A stretch of 64,000 nt of DNA, from NCBI GenBank assembly GCA_041500125.1, contig JBGQLP010000006.1, forward strand, positions 1,452-65,451, in the 5' to 3' direction. Both the position numbers and the translations under genes were made by a program. Of this stretch, positions 46,844 through 56,700 are shown one piece after another (the stretch's first letter is position 1; every line of letters begins with the position of its first letter). The notes beneath the pieces are model-generated. The model made no database searches and was not told the DNA's origin. It worked only from the letters and a program-made list of their open reading frames with translations. The DNA comes from Gemmatimonadota bacterium. Lineage in GTDB: Bacteria > Gemmatimonadota > Gemmatimonadetes > Gemmatimonadales > GWC2-71-9.

Positions 46844-47076
46844 AACGACTGAGTGCAACGATTTGCACGGCTGCCAATCCCAAGGCCGTTAGGTTAACGT
46901 AGAATCTCGCTGGCGAATCCGAACTCACTGCCGATGTTTTCCCGCCCTCCGGCCGATACTTCTCCGGAGGGCTAATGCCGAGCGCGGCCCCCCGCGGTGC
47001 GACAGCTTGTGTCTGCGTCGCCGCGGGTCGCCGGCCGGCTGCAAGTGAGTCACCATCTGTTCGAGCGGAGGATCGC

Positions 47077-47973
47077 ATGCGGTACGCGGGGCTGATAGTG
47101 ATGCTGGCGGTTCTCACCGGCGGCTGCGACCGGAGTCGGGGGGAGCTGACGAAAGCGCTGGCCGAGTCCAGGGCAGCCGAGGCGCAGAAGGACAGCCTGC
47201 TGACGGAAGTGCTCGAGACCACTCAATTCGTGAGCGATCTCAACAGCGAATTGGCCAAGGCGAAGGCCGTATCGGTGGCCTCGGATGGTTCCGACCCCGG
47301 GCTCCCGGGAGCCAAGCAGGACCGGGTGGAGCGCCAGGCAACCCTGGAACGTATCCAGTCGGTCATTGCCCGCCTCAATGAAAGCGAGACCCGGCTGATC
47401 GCGACCGAGAACCGGGCCAAGAATGCCAAGATCCGGAATGCACGGTTGCTGGCGCAGATCTCCACCTACAAGCAGACCATCGAGGATCTGAAGACCGCCG
47501 CCGAACAGCAGCGGGCCGAGAACGAGGCGATCATCGCGGACCAGAGAAACCAGATCGCGACGCTGTCTGGCGAGGTCGACAATCTCAACGTGACGGCAGC
47601 GTCACTCCGGGACACCGTCGTCCACCTGACGGCCTACAAGAACCGGGTCTACTACGCGGTGGGAACCAAGGACGAGCTGATCAAGAACGGGGTGGTAATC
47701 AGGGAGGGCTCGAAGTTCCTGTTCTTCGGCGGGACTCGGTTGGAGCCGGCGCGGAAGCCCAACCTCGATGCGTTCACCATGATCGACAAGACCCAGACGC
47801 TTTCCATTTCGCTGCCGCGCACGGACAAGAAATACAAGATCGTATCGCGGCAAAGCCCGGAATACCTGATGGGTGAGGTGACGGAAAAGGGGGAGGTGAA
47901 GGGCGTGGTGGAGATTGCCTCGCCGGAGGAGTTCTGGTCGGCCTCGAAGTTTCTGATTTTGGTGCAGAACTAG
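47077..47973 (+). CDS. Coiled-coil lipoprotein resembling the Bacteroidota Cbp1-like family
   Basis: Lipobox TGGC; long heptad region; C-domain NRVYYAVGTKDELIKNGVV...FTMID. Confidence 0.7.
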   Translation: MRYAGLIVMLAVLTGGCDRSRGELTKALAESRAAEAQKDSLLTEVLETTQFVSDLNSELAKAKAVSVASDGSDPGLPGAKQDRVERQATLERIQSVIARLNESETRLIATENRAKNAKIRNARLLAQISTYKQTIEDLKTAAEQQRAENEAIIADQRNQIATLSGEVDNLNVTAASLRDTVVHLTAYKNRVYYAVGTKDELIKNGVVIREGSKFLFFGGTRLEPARKPNLDAFTMIDKTQTLSISLPRTDKKYKIVSRQSPEYLMGEVTEKGEVKGVVEIASPEEFWSASKFLILVQN

Positions 47974-48093
47974 GCGGGTAAGCGGGTAGGCGGGGAAGCG
48001 GGACAAGGAAAACCGTAAGAACAGAGACCTTCCGTCTGCAACGGAGGGTCTCTGTGTTATGAGCAACCCCGCCTTTTCGCTTCCCCTGACGCC
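47974..48093. repeat. Composite element: 4 x 8-nt GCGGG(T/G/A)(A/C)(A/G) array, 15-bp hairpin, inverted degenerate array
   Basis: GCGGGTAA GCGGGTAG GCGGGGAA GCGGGACA; CCCCGCCT (48067-74) and CGCTTCCCC (48078-86) are reverse complements of the array. Confidence 0.6.
48021..48058 (+). terminator. Terminator-like hairpin
   Basis: 15-bp stem ACAGAGACCTTCCGT/ACGGAGGGTCTCTGT with one G.U. Confidence 0.7.
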
Positions 48094-48107
48094 ATTTTAT
48101 GCACCTA

Positions 48108-48123
48108 TGTGACGGGCATCACG
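48108..48123. promoter_or_regulatory. CRP/FNR-family-like site
   Basis: TGTGA-cgggca-TCACG (one mismatch to TGTGA-N6-TCACA) in an AT-richer intergenic region. Confidence 0.35.
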
Positions 48124-48294
48124 TTGCAGGCAAGGGGTTTACGAACAAATTTGTCAACATCCTCTACATTTGTTGGAGATTCGGGAGATGCTGACCCGCG
48201 CGTGGAGTGATCCGCAACACAGGCTGAGACTGGACCAGGGGAGATATTCATGCCACAGATTCTTAACTCATACAGATTCCTCAAGGAGGGTCAT

Positions 48295-48534
48295 GTGCGG
48301 AAGGTCACGCTGGCCGTAGCAATCGCTGCGCTTTGGACGTTGAGCGCATGCAAGAAGACCGGAGAAGGGCAGTACGAAGTGCAGAAGCCGGTGATCGGAA
48401 CCGAGACGGACACGGTTCATACGCCGACGATAGAGACTGGGACCGTCAAGGACACGATTAACGTCCCGACCGTCAAGACGGAAAAGAAGGAAGTCACGCT
48501 GCCGAAGGTCGAAGTCAAGAAGGCGAAGCCGTAG
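48295..48534 (+). CDS. Small Thr/Lys-rich lipoprotein
   Basis: AAGGAGG RBS, GTG start, lipobox LSAC. Confidence 0.75.
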   Translation: MRKVTLAVAIAALWTLSACKKTGEGQYEVQKPVIGTETDTVHTPTIETGTVKDTINVPTVKTEKKEVTLPKVEVKKAKP

Positions 48535-48636
48535 TTCGCTGACTTAGAAGTCCCGCGATATATTTGCGCCTGCCCGCGGGGTTCATTCCTTCCCGCGGGG
48601 CTCTACTCTCACACGCTCATACGTTTCGGAGTTCTT

Positions 48637-49944
48637 ATGACGCGGCTGACCTCGCGGCTTGCCGTGACGGCGTTCGCGGCTGTGTTCTTCGCGCAGGCAG
48701 TTACCGCCCAAGCAGTGACGGTCATCCGTGCGGGGCGCCTGGTCGATGTCGAGCGGGGCCAGGTCCGCCGGGATCAGCTCCTGCTGGTAAAGGGTGAGCG
48801 GATAGAAGCTATCCGTCCGGGTTCAGACAAAGTGCCGGCTGACGCCCGGGTGATCGATCTCTCTCGCTACACCGTGCTTCCCGGTCTGATCGACTGCCAC
48901 ACCCATCTCATCGGCGACGCCACGGCTGCCGACGTGCTTCAACCCCTGGAGCGGTCCGAGGCTCAGGAGGCCTTCAGCGGGGTGAGCAATGCTCGGGCAA
49001 CTTTGCTGGCCGGATTCACCACCGTGCGGGATGTGGGCACCTACCGGGCGTTCGTGGATGTGGCGTTACGTGATGCCATCAACAGTGGCACCGTCATCGG
49101 ACCACGTATGAAGGTGGCCGGTGCGTACGTCACCGTCGCCACCGGCGGAGGCGAGCTGGTCGGCGCCGCCCCCGACGTGACGCTCCCGGCTGCTTTTCGA
49201 TTCGGGGTGGCCAACTCGGCCGATCAGGTTCGCGAGCGGGTTCGGGCGATACTCAACGGCGGAGCCGACTTCATCAAGGTCATCGCCACCGGCGCGGTCT
49301 TCACCCGGGGGACCAAGCCGGGCGTCTCCGAATTCACCGAGGAGCAGATCCGGGCAGCGGTGGAGCAGGCCGCCGAGTATGGGACGTTCGTCGCCGCCCA
49401 CGCGCATGGGGCGGAGGGGATCAAGCGGGCGGTGCGGGCCGGGGTGCGCTCCATCGAGCACGGATCACTGATGGACGACGAAGCCATCGCCCTTATGAAG
49501 CAACGGGGGACCTGGCTGGTGGCAGATATCTGGAATGGCGACTACACCGACAGCGTGGGCCGGGAGCAGAAGTGGCCCGCGGATATCCTGCAGAAGAACA
49601 CCGAGACCACCGAGCTCCAGCGGGCCGGCTTTCGCAAGGCGGTGGCCCAAGGCGTCAAGATCGCCTATGGGACTGACAGCGGGATCTATCCCCACGGGCT
49701 CAACGCGATGCAGCTGCCCTACATGGTCAAGTACGGCATGACGCCGATGCAGGCCATCCAGGCGGCCACGATATCGGCTGCCGATCTGATGCAGTGGAAG
49801 GATAGCGTGGGCTCGCTCTCGCCAGGGAAATACGCCGTCATTATCGCGGTCGAAGGCGACGCGCTGGCCGATCTCAAAAGCTTCATGAAAGTGGGATTCG
49901 TGATGAAGGGCGGGACAGTGTACAAGAGTCCGTCATGGAGGTAA
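48637..49944 (+). CDS. Secreted metal-dependent amidohydrolase (Xaa-Pro dipeptidase-like)
   Basis: PGLIDCHTH, GFTTVRDVG, IKVIATG, AHAHG, SIEHG and YGTDSG. Confidence 0.92.
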   Translation: MTRLTSRLAVTAFAAVFFAQAVTAQAVTVIRAGRLVDVERGQVRRDQLLLVKGERIEAIRPGSDKVPADARVIDLSRYTVLPGLIDCHTHLIGDATAADVLQPLERSEAQEAFSGVSNARATLLAGFTTVRDVGTYRAFVDVALRDAINSGTVIGPRMKVAGAYVTVATGGGELVGAAPDVTLPAAFRFGVANSADQVRERVRAILNGGADFIKVIATGAVFTRGTKPGVSEFTEEQIRAAVEQAAEYGTFVAAHAHGAEGIKRAVRAGVRSIEHGSLMDDEAIALMKQRGTWLVADIWNGDYTDSVGREQKWPADILQKNTETTELQRAGFRKAVAQGVKIAYGTDSGIYPHGLNAMQLPYMVKYGMTPMQAIQAATISAADLMQWKDSVGSLSPGKYAVIIAVEGDALADLKSFMKVGFVMKGGTVYKSPSWR

Positions 49945-49950
49945 GTAGAT

Positions 49951-52002
49951 GTGATCCGTAACCGTGTCTACTTGGGGCTAGTTCTGATCGGGCTGTCGGC
50001 CGGAACAGCCGTGGGGCAGAGTGGTTCCCGAAAGATCACCCTCGACGATCTCTACCGCCTCCGCGAGGTCAGTAGCCCGGAGATCTCTCCCGAAGGCGAA
50101 TGGGTGGCGTACACGGTCTCGGTGCCCGACACCTCCAAGGACAAGTCGGACAGCGATGTCTGGATGACCAGCTGGGATGGTCGGCGCAGCGTGCGGCTCA
50201 CGACGAGCACGACCAGCGAGCACACGCCGCGATGGAGCCCCGACGGCCGATACCTCGCTTTTCTCTCCAGCCGGGAGGATGCCCGCGAGGTCGATCAAGT
50301 CTGGTTGCTGAACCGGACCGGCGGGGAGGCCGAAAAGGTCACTGATCTTCCGGGCGGTGTCTCGGACTACGCCTGGTCCCCAGACAGCAAGCGCTTGGCG
50401 CTCATCGCCCCCGATCCCGATCCGGACTCGGCCACCGTCACTCCCGACACCAGCCAGCGAACCCACCCTCCGATCGTCATCGACCGCTTCCAGTTCAAAG
50501 CCGATGAGACGGGATATCTCGGCAGGCGGCGGGACCATCTCTACCTCTTCGACTTGGCCGCCCGGAAGGCGCTACTGCTGACGCCGGGGGAATACAACGA
50601 GGAGGCGCCGGCCTGGTCGCCTGATGGCAAGAGCATCGCCTTTGTCAGCAAGCGTCGTCCGGAGTTCGACCGAACCGCCAATTGGGACCTATACGTCGTG
50701 GAGACGATTCCGGGCGCCACTCCCCGGCAGCTCACCACCTTCGAGGGGCCGGACAATGACCCCGATTGGGGAGGGCGGCCCCCCTCCTGGAGCCCGGACG
50801 GCAAGTCCATCGCCTACGTCCAAGGCGGACCGCTCAAGCTGCTCTACTACGCTGGACAGAAGGTCGCCGTGGTCCCCTCAGGCGGTGGTCCGGCCCGCGT
50901 GCTCACGGCGGCGCTGGACCGGAACCCGCTCTCGCCCACGCTCTCGAGTGACGGGGCATCGGTACTGTTCCTGCTCGAGGACGATCGGGTGACTCACCTT
51001 GCCCGGGTGCCGGTCTCCGGCGGACCGGTGGAGCGGTTGGTGGAGGGAAGGCGGGTCATCAGCGATTTCTCGGCCGGTCCGCGGGGCAAGATCGCGGTGC
51101 TCGCGAGCGCGCCTGCGCAACCGGCGGAGATCTTCGCGGTGGAGGGGAACCGGCTACGCCAGATCACCGGGCAGAACGACAAATGGCTCTCGGAGGTCCG
51201 CCTCGCACCGGTGGAAGAGATCGGCTTCAAGAGCAAGGATGGGACCGATATCCACGGCTTCATGGTCAAGCCCATCGACTACCGTCCGGGTCAGCGGTAT
51301 CCCACGATCCTCCGGATCCATGGGGGTCCGGTCTGGCAGTTCTATAACGACTTTGCCAACTTCGACTGGCAGCTCCTGGCCGCCAACGGCTATGTGGTCG
51401 TGGCAGCGAATCCTCGTGGCAGCTCTGGGCGGGGCGAGAAGTTCTCGACGGCCATCTGGGCCGACTGGGGGAACAAGGACGGGCAAGACGTGCTCGCCGC
51501 GGTGGATTTTGCGGTCGCGCAGGGGATAGCGGATCCCAATCGGTTGGGAGTCGGGGGCTGGAGCTACGGCGGTATCCTCACCGACCAAGTCATAACGCGC
51601 GATCAGCGCTTCAAGGCGGCCATCAGCGGCGCGGGCCTCGCCAATGCTCTGGCCGGGTACGGTACCGATCAGTATGTCCGCGAATACGAGGCCGAGCTGG
51701 GCACCCCCTGGCAGAACACCGCGGCCTACCTGAGGGTCTCGTATCCCTTCCTCCATGCCGACCGGATCGTGACTCCGACGCTGTTCCTCTGCGGGGAGAA
51801 GGACTTCAACGTCCCCCTGCTCAACTCCGAGCAGATGTACCAGGCGCTGAGGAGTCTCGGACGGGAGACCCAGCTGGTCATCTATCCGGGGGAGTACCAT
51901 GACATCCGAAAGCCGAGCTATCGGCGCGACCGGCTGCAGCGATACGTCGACTGGTATGACCGCCACCTCAAGACTCAGCCGGGCGACGCGGCGACTCATT
52001 GA
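49951..52002 (+). CDS. S9 family peptidase (beta-propeller plus catalytic domain)
   Basis: WSPDG repeats, IHGGP, NPRGSSGRG, GWSYG, GEKD and YPGEYH. Confidence 0.94.
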   Translation: MIRNRVYLGLVLIGLSAGTAVGQSGSRKITLDDLYRLREVSSPEISPEGEWVAYTVSVPDTSKDKSDSDVWMTSWDGRRSVRLTTSTTSEHTPRWSPDGRYLAFLSSREDAREVDQVWLLNRTGGEAEKVTDLPGGVSDYAWSPDSKRLALIAPDPDPDSATVTPDTSQRTHPPIVIDRFQFKADETGYLGRRRDHLYLFDLAARKALLLTPGEYNEEAPAWSPDGKSIAFVSKRRPEFDRTANWDLYVVETIPGATPRQLTTFEGPDNDPDWGGRPPSWSPDGKSIAYVQGGPLKLLYYAGQKVAVVPSGGGPARVLTAALDRNPLSPTLSSDGASVLFLLEDDRVTHLARVPVSGGPVERLVEGRRVISDFSAGPRGKIAVLASAPAQPAEIFAVEGNRLRQITGQNDKWLSEVRLAPVEEIGFKSKDGTDIHGFMVKPIDYRPGQRYPTILRIHGGPVWQFYNDFANFDWQLLAANGYVVVAANPRGSSGRGEKFSTAIWADWGNKDGQDVLAAVDFAVAQGIADPNRLGVGGWSYGGILTDQVITRDQRFKAAISGAGLANALAGYGTDQYVREYEAELGTPWQNTAAYLRVSYPFLHADRIVTPTLFLCGEKDFNVPLLNSEQMYQALRSLGRETQLVIYPGEYHDIRKPSYRRDRLQRYVDWYDRHLKTQPGDAATH

Positions 52003-52387
52003 CGCCCCGCGGAGATCAGCCCTTACCGCTCTCCTGGTCCTATGCTCGGTCAGCTGTGCCGGACATTCGGGGAAATCGAGTGCCCCTCCACCCGAAGCAC
52101 CTAGCGAGATCGTGCTGGTGGTGGAGAACCATCACTGGAACGACGTGGTGGTGTCGGTACTGCATGACGGGGTGGTGGACCGGGTGGGACTCGCAACCGC
52201 GGTGACGACATCGACCTTTGTTCTTCCCAGCCGCCGACTCGGGACGTCAGGCATCATCCGGCTCCGGGGGCACGCAGTCGGAGCTCCGGACGACCACACC
52301 ACCGACGCCATTCCGGTTCAGCCGGGACAAGAAATCCAGTGGACGCTGGAGAGCGATCTGGCGCGCTCCAGCGTCGCGGTTCACTGA
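51998..52387 (+). CDS. Uncharacterised lipoprotein (paralog of 57315-57701); start ambiguous
   Basis: Lipobox VSC; ENHHWND...PGQEIQWTLESDL..SS. No ATG near the signal peptide; options are ATT 51998 or ATG 51956. Confidence 0.7.
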   Translation: MDAPRRSALTALLVLCSVSCAGHSGKSSAPPPEAPSEIVLVVENHHWNDVVVSVLHDGVVDRVGLATAVTTSTFVLPSRRLGTSGIIRLRGHAVGAPDDHTTDAIPVQPGQEIQWTLESDLARSSVAVH

Positions 52388-52388
52388 A

Positions 52389-53750
52389 TCACGGACAGGG
52401 GTTGGGGTCGTTCCAGTTCTGCAGCGGCCCGCCATCGGGAATGCTGGGGTTCGCATTGCGCTCGCTCAGCGGATAGGCCAAGCGCGCCGGGATGGACGTC
52501 GATCCGGATGCCGGGGTCAGGGCCGGAAGACAAGTTCTCCGGTAATCGCTCCAGACCTCGGGGTTCTGGAACAGTCGGATGTACTTCTCGGTCATGATGG
52601 CCTGGAGCAAGGCGGCACCGCCGACTCCGCCGCCGATCGGACCCAGGCCGGCATCGGCACGAACCGCATTCAGGCTGGTGCGGGCGGTGCCATCGTCGCC
52701 CGTCCGGTTGGCAGCTTCCGCCATGATGAGCTGGTTCTCGGCCCAAGTTGCCAGGGGCTGGCGGAAGCTAGGGTCGAGATGGATTGAGCTCAGTGATGAG
52801 GGGGAAGCCCCGACATCGACATCATCACCCGGGTTGGCGCCGACGAAATTGCCGGCGCCATTGGGCCCGAAGTACTCGCTCAGCCGAGGATCGGCGGTGC
52901 TTTGCAGAAGATCCACCAAAGCTTTCCCGGCGGACAGATAATCCGGCCATGAGGTAGTAAACTGGGCGTAGAGGTTGGTCTCGGTGGAGGCGCTACTATG
53001 GTAGGCCAGATAATCGCCCGACGGGTCCGCAATGCCGTTTGCGGCCGCCGCCAGTGCCGCTGCATACGCCGGAACTCCGAGGAGTTCGGCAGTATGCAGG
53101 TAGTATCGAGCCTTGAGGGTGTTGGCTAACGCCGTCCATTTTGCCAGATCTCCGCCATAGACCAGATCCTCACCGCCGGGTGGATGAGCACCTGGACTAC
53201 TCGCGTTCAGCGACGCGATCGCCTCATCGAGCTTGGACTCCAATGCGGCGTAGACCTGCTGCTGCGGATCCAGGACAGGCGCCGCCACCGTGGAGTCGGC
53301 CGCCTGGGAATAGGGTACATCGCCCCAGACATCAGCCGCGGTTCCGACCAGCCAGGCCTCGAGTACCTTGGCCACGCCGGCATAGGCGGAATCGTTGGTA
53401 GCGAGCGCCTGACGCTGGAGGAGACGGAGATCGACCAGACCGCCGTTATCGTAGACGTTGTACCAGGAGAAGATATAGTCGTCGTCGCCGACGATGTATT
53501 TCCCGAGGCTATTGTACTGCAGCCGGGTGCCGGCGCACTGCTGCATCCAGATGCAGATGGTACGCCCCAAATGGCCTTCGAGGAAAAACGCCAGGTCGGT
53601 CTGGGACGCGACCAGCAGATTAGCGTTGGTGGCGGTGACCGGACGATTCGGGTTGTCGGAGAGCTTGGGGCCGGTGAGAAAATCCCCACAGCCGCAGAGT
53701 CCCAGGCCGGCCCCGAGAGTGAGCAGCGCCGTCGTGAAACGGTTGCGCAT
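52389..53750 (-). CDS. susD: SusD/RagB family lipoprotein
   Basis: Lipobox LCGC; DNPNRP, WGDVPYSQA, DLVYGGD..KW..LANTLKARY, IMTEKY, WSDYRRT and PARLAYP. Confidence 0.92.
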   Translation of the reverse strand: MRNRFTTALLTLGAGLGLCGCGDFLTGPKLSDNPNRPVTATNANLLVASQTDLAFFLEGHLGRTICIWMQQCAGTRLQYNSLGKYIVGDDDYIFSWYNVYDNGGLVDLRLLQRQALATNDSAYAGVAKVLEAWLVGTAADVWGDVPYSQAADSTVAAPVLDPQQQVYAALESKLDEAIASLNASSPGAHPPGGEDLVYGGDLAKWTALANTLKARYYLHTAELLGVPAYAAALAAAANGIADPSGDYLAYHSSASTETNLYAQFTTSWPDYLSAGKALVDLLQSTADPRLSEYFGPNGAGNFVGANPGDDVDVGASPSSLSSIHLDPSFRQPLATWAENQLIMAEAANRTGDDGTARTSLNAVRADAGLGPIGGGVGGAALLQAIMTEKYIRLFQNPEVWSDYRRTCLPALTPASGSTSIPARLAYPLSERNANPSIPDGGPLQNWNDPNPCP

Positions 53751-53779
53751 GGCAGAAACCTCGAGTGATCGGGTGGGCA

Positions 53780-56700
53780 TCAGCGGTTCATGGTGACGGA
53801 GAATACGAACGACCGCGTCTGGGGATTGTTGAACCAGTCGATTCCCCGGGCACCGGTATCGGCGCCGGACAGGCTAGTCTCCGGGTCGGCGCCGGTATAA
53901 GGTGTCCAGACCGCCAGATTGCGGCCGGCAACCCGGAGGTCCATGCTGCTGAGCCCCAGCGCCCGACTCACGAAGCCACCCGTCAGGGTATAGCCCACCG
54001 AGACCTCGCGCAGCTTCACAAAGCTGGCGCTCTCGTAAAATGGCTGGCCCAGAAAGGTGAAGGTGCTGTAGTAATTCTGGAACCAGTTCTGGTCCAGCAC
54101 CGCACTGGTTCCCACCCCGGGTCCCGCCACCGCGCCCTTCAAGAAGTCCTGACCGAAGACGACTGACTTGCCACGGAGGTCGCCCGATTCCTTCGACGTG
54201 CCGATAGCGTTGAGCGCACCCCGGGTGCCGTTGTAGACCAGGCCGCCGTGGCGGATGTCGAGCAGACCGGACACCGAGATTTTGCCGAACCGGAGGCCGC
54301 TGCGGATCGACCCGGTCCACTTGGGGTTGGGATCGCCGATGATGCGGCTGTTCGGATCGAGCAGGGGATAGCCGGCACCGGCGCCGGCATCGAGGCCGGT
54401 ATTGGAGTAATTGCCATCGTTGATGAACAGGGCCTGCTTGCTGTTTGCGTCGGCCCCGCAGAGGGCGTCCACGCTTACCTCATTGGAGGCCGGGTCCAGA
54501 ACGGTGATGCCTCGACCGCAGCGTATGTAGTCGTAGTCCCTGAAAGCCCCCACCGGCTGGCCTACTTCGGCCACCGAGATGGCAAACCCGCCTACGCCCC
54601 CATAGTTCACGAACTGAGCGCCGGCCAGACTGACCACCCGATTCCGATTGGTGGAGAACAGGAAGCCGAGATCCCAGGAGAAGTCGCGCTTGGTGATCGG
54701 GCGGAGGTTGAGCGACCACTCGGTGCCGGCATTGCGAATTTCGGCGCCATTGCTCGCGGCGTTGATGAATCCGGTGGTCGCGGGCACCGGCAGGGTCAGG
54801 ATCACATCCTTTGAGGTGCGCCGGTACCAGGTGAAGCTCAGGTCGGCCACGTCATTGAAGAGCCCGAGGTCGGTGCCCAGCTCCAGCTCACGGGTCCGTT
54901 CCGGCTTGAGCTGAGTGGCGCGAGTCGTATCGCTGAAGAGCCCGCCGAATCCGTTCTGGGAAGCGGTCAACGTTGCCCCCCACCCGTCCTGGAACGTTCC
55001 ACCGCTCAGGAAGCTGAACACGGTCAGGTACGGATTGGGCTGCGTCCCCACCTCCCCATATGCCGCGCGGAGTTTACCGTAGGTGAGCTTACCACCCAGG
55101 TCTCCGGTTTGCCGGGTGAATTCCCAGGCGACACTTCCACTGGGATACCAGCTGCGGAGCTTGTCCTGGGCGAAGGTCGAGGCGCCGTCATAGCGCACGC
55201 CGGCCTTGAGGAAGAGCTGGTCGGAGATGTCGAGCGTGGCCTGTCCGAAGTAGCCTTCGATCCGGACCTTGGTCTCGTTGTCGATCGGGGGAAGCTGACT
55301 TGCGGTGTTAGTGAGGGTGAAAGGCTCAGGGGCGAGCAGGGCGTTGCCCACCCCGCCGATCTCACGCAGGCTGCGGGTATTGAGATTCTGACCCAGGGTG
55401 ATCGATCCAGCCAGACTCTGGCCCAGCTTGTACGTGGCGGTACCGGTCAGATTGTGATCCACCTGCTGGTTCACGATGTTGACCTTGACTACCTGGCCCA
55501 GGATGCTCGGAGTATTGGATGAGGTTTGAGGTTGTCCCTGCAGCCGGTCATCGCCCGAATAGTCGATGCCCAAGGTGTAGTTGAAGCGGAGCCATCCGAC
55601 CGGCACATAATCGAGGCTCACGTTGCCAAATACCCGGTCGGCAATGGCGGTGCTGACCGGCACGTTGGCACTGAAAAACGGGTTGTCATAGCCGCGGGTA
55701 CTGTCGGAGGACGAGGCCGACGGATTGGGGAACCGGTACGAGCGGTGCATCCCGGTCGCCGGGTCGAGATAGATCCGATTGTCAAATTCGGGCGGGGTAC
55801 GCCAAGACCCCAGCGTCAGAGCGCTGAAGTTGCTTCCCTTCTGGACAAACCGGCCATCGCTGTTGGAGTAGGCAACATTACCCCCAATGGTGAAGTTGTC
55901 TCTCACCCGCTGAGAGCCCTTCAAGCGAAAGGAGTAGCGTTTATAGGCGTTTTGCGGCCCCACAAATGTGCCGTCTTGGTTGGTGTAGGAACCGGACAGG
56001 TAGAACAGGGTGCGATCATTTCCGCCGGCAATGGTGAGAGTGTTGTCGGTCGCAACGCCGGTGGTGAACATCTCTCGTGCGTGGTCGAACGTCGCAGTGC
56101 CAGCAGCGAGTGCCGGTCCCCAACTATCGCCGGTGCCGCCACAATCGGTCGCCCCGCCGAGCACACAGGTCTCGGCAGTAGGGACACCAAGGGTGTCCGC
56201 GTCGCCCTGGCCGTAGATCCGCTGGAGGGCGGGAAACCGGTGGACATCATTCACCGACAGCGAGGAGCTGAGCGAGTAGGTGGTGGGTCCCGCGTGCCCC
56301 CGCTTCGTGGTAATGAGGATGACGCCCTGCCCGGCACGCGCACCGTAGAGGGAGCCGGCCGCCGCGCCCTTGAGGATCTCGACCGACTCGATGTCGGCTG
56401 GATTGAGGTCCGAGGCGCGGTTGGACGAGGCGGTGCCCTGTTGACCGCCGAAGCCGGTGCCGTCAAACGTCGTCGTGGTTACGGTGGAGTTGTCGATGGG
56501 GACTCCATCCACCACAAACAGCGGTTCGCCGGTACTCCCCAGTGTGTTGGCTCCCCGAATCCGTATCGACGTCGAGGCTCCAGGGTCGCCCGAGGTGGAG
56601 GTCACCTCCACATTCGGCGCCTTGGCGGACAGCGCAGTCACAATGTTGGTCTCGTTGCTCCGGTTGATGAGCGATGAGTCGACACTGTTCCGCACACTGC

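Noticed and set aside
55526-56677. 383-aa antisense ORF in susC, and similar long shadow ORFs elsewhere
   Set aside because: Fully overlaps a well-supported gene and has no recognisable domain.
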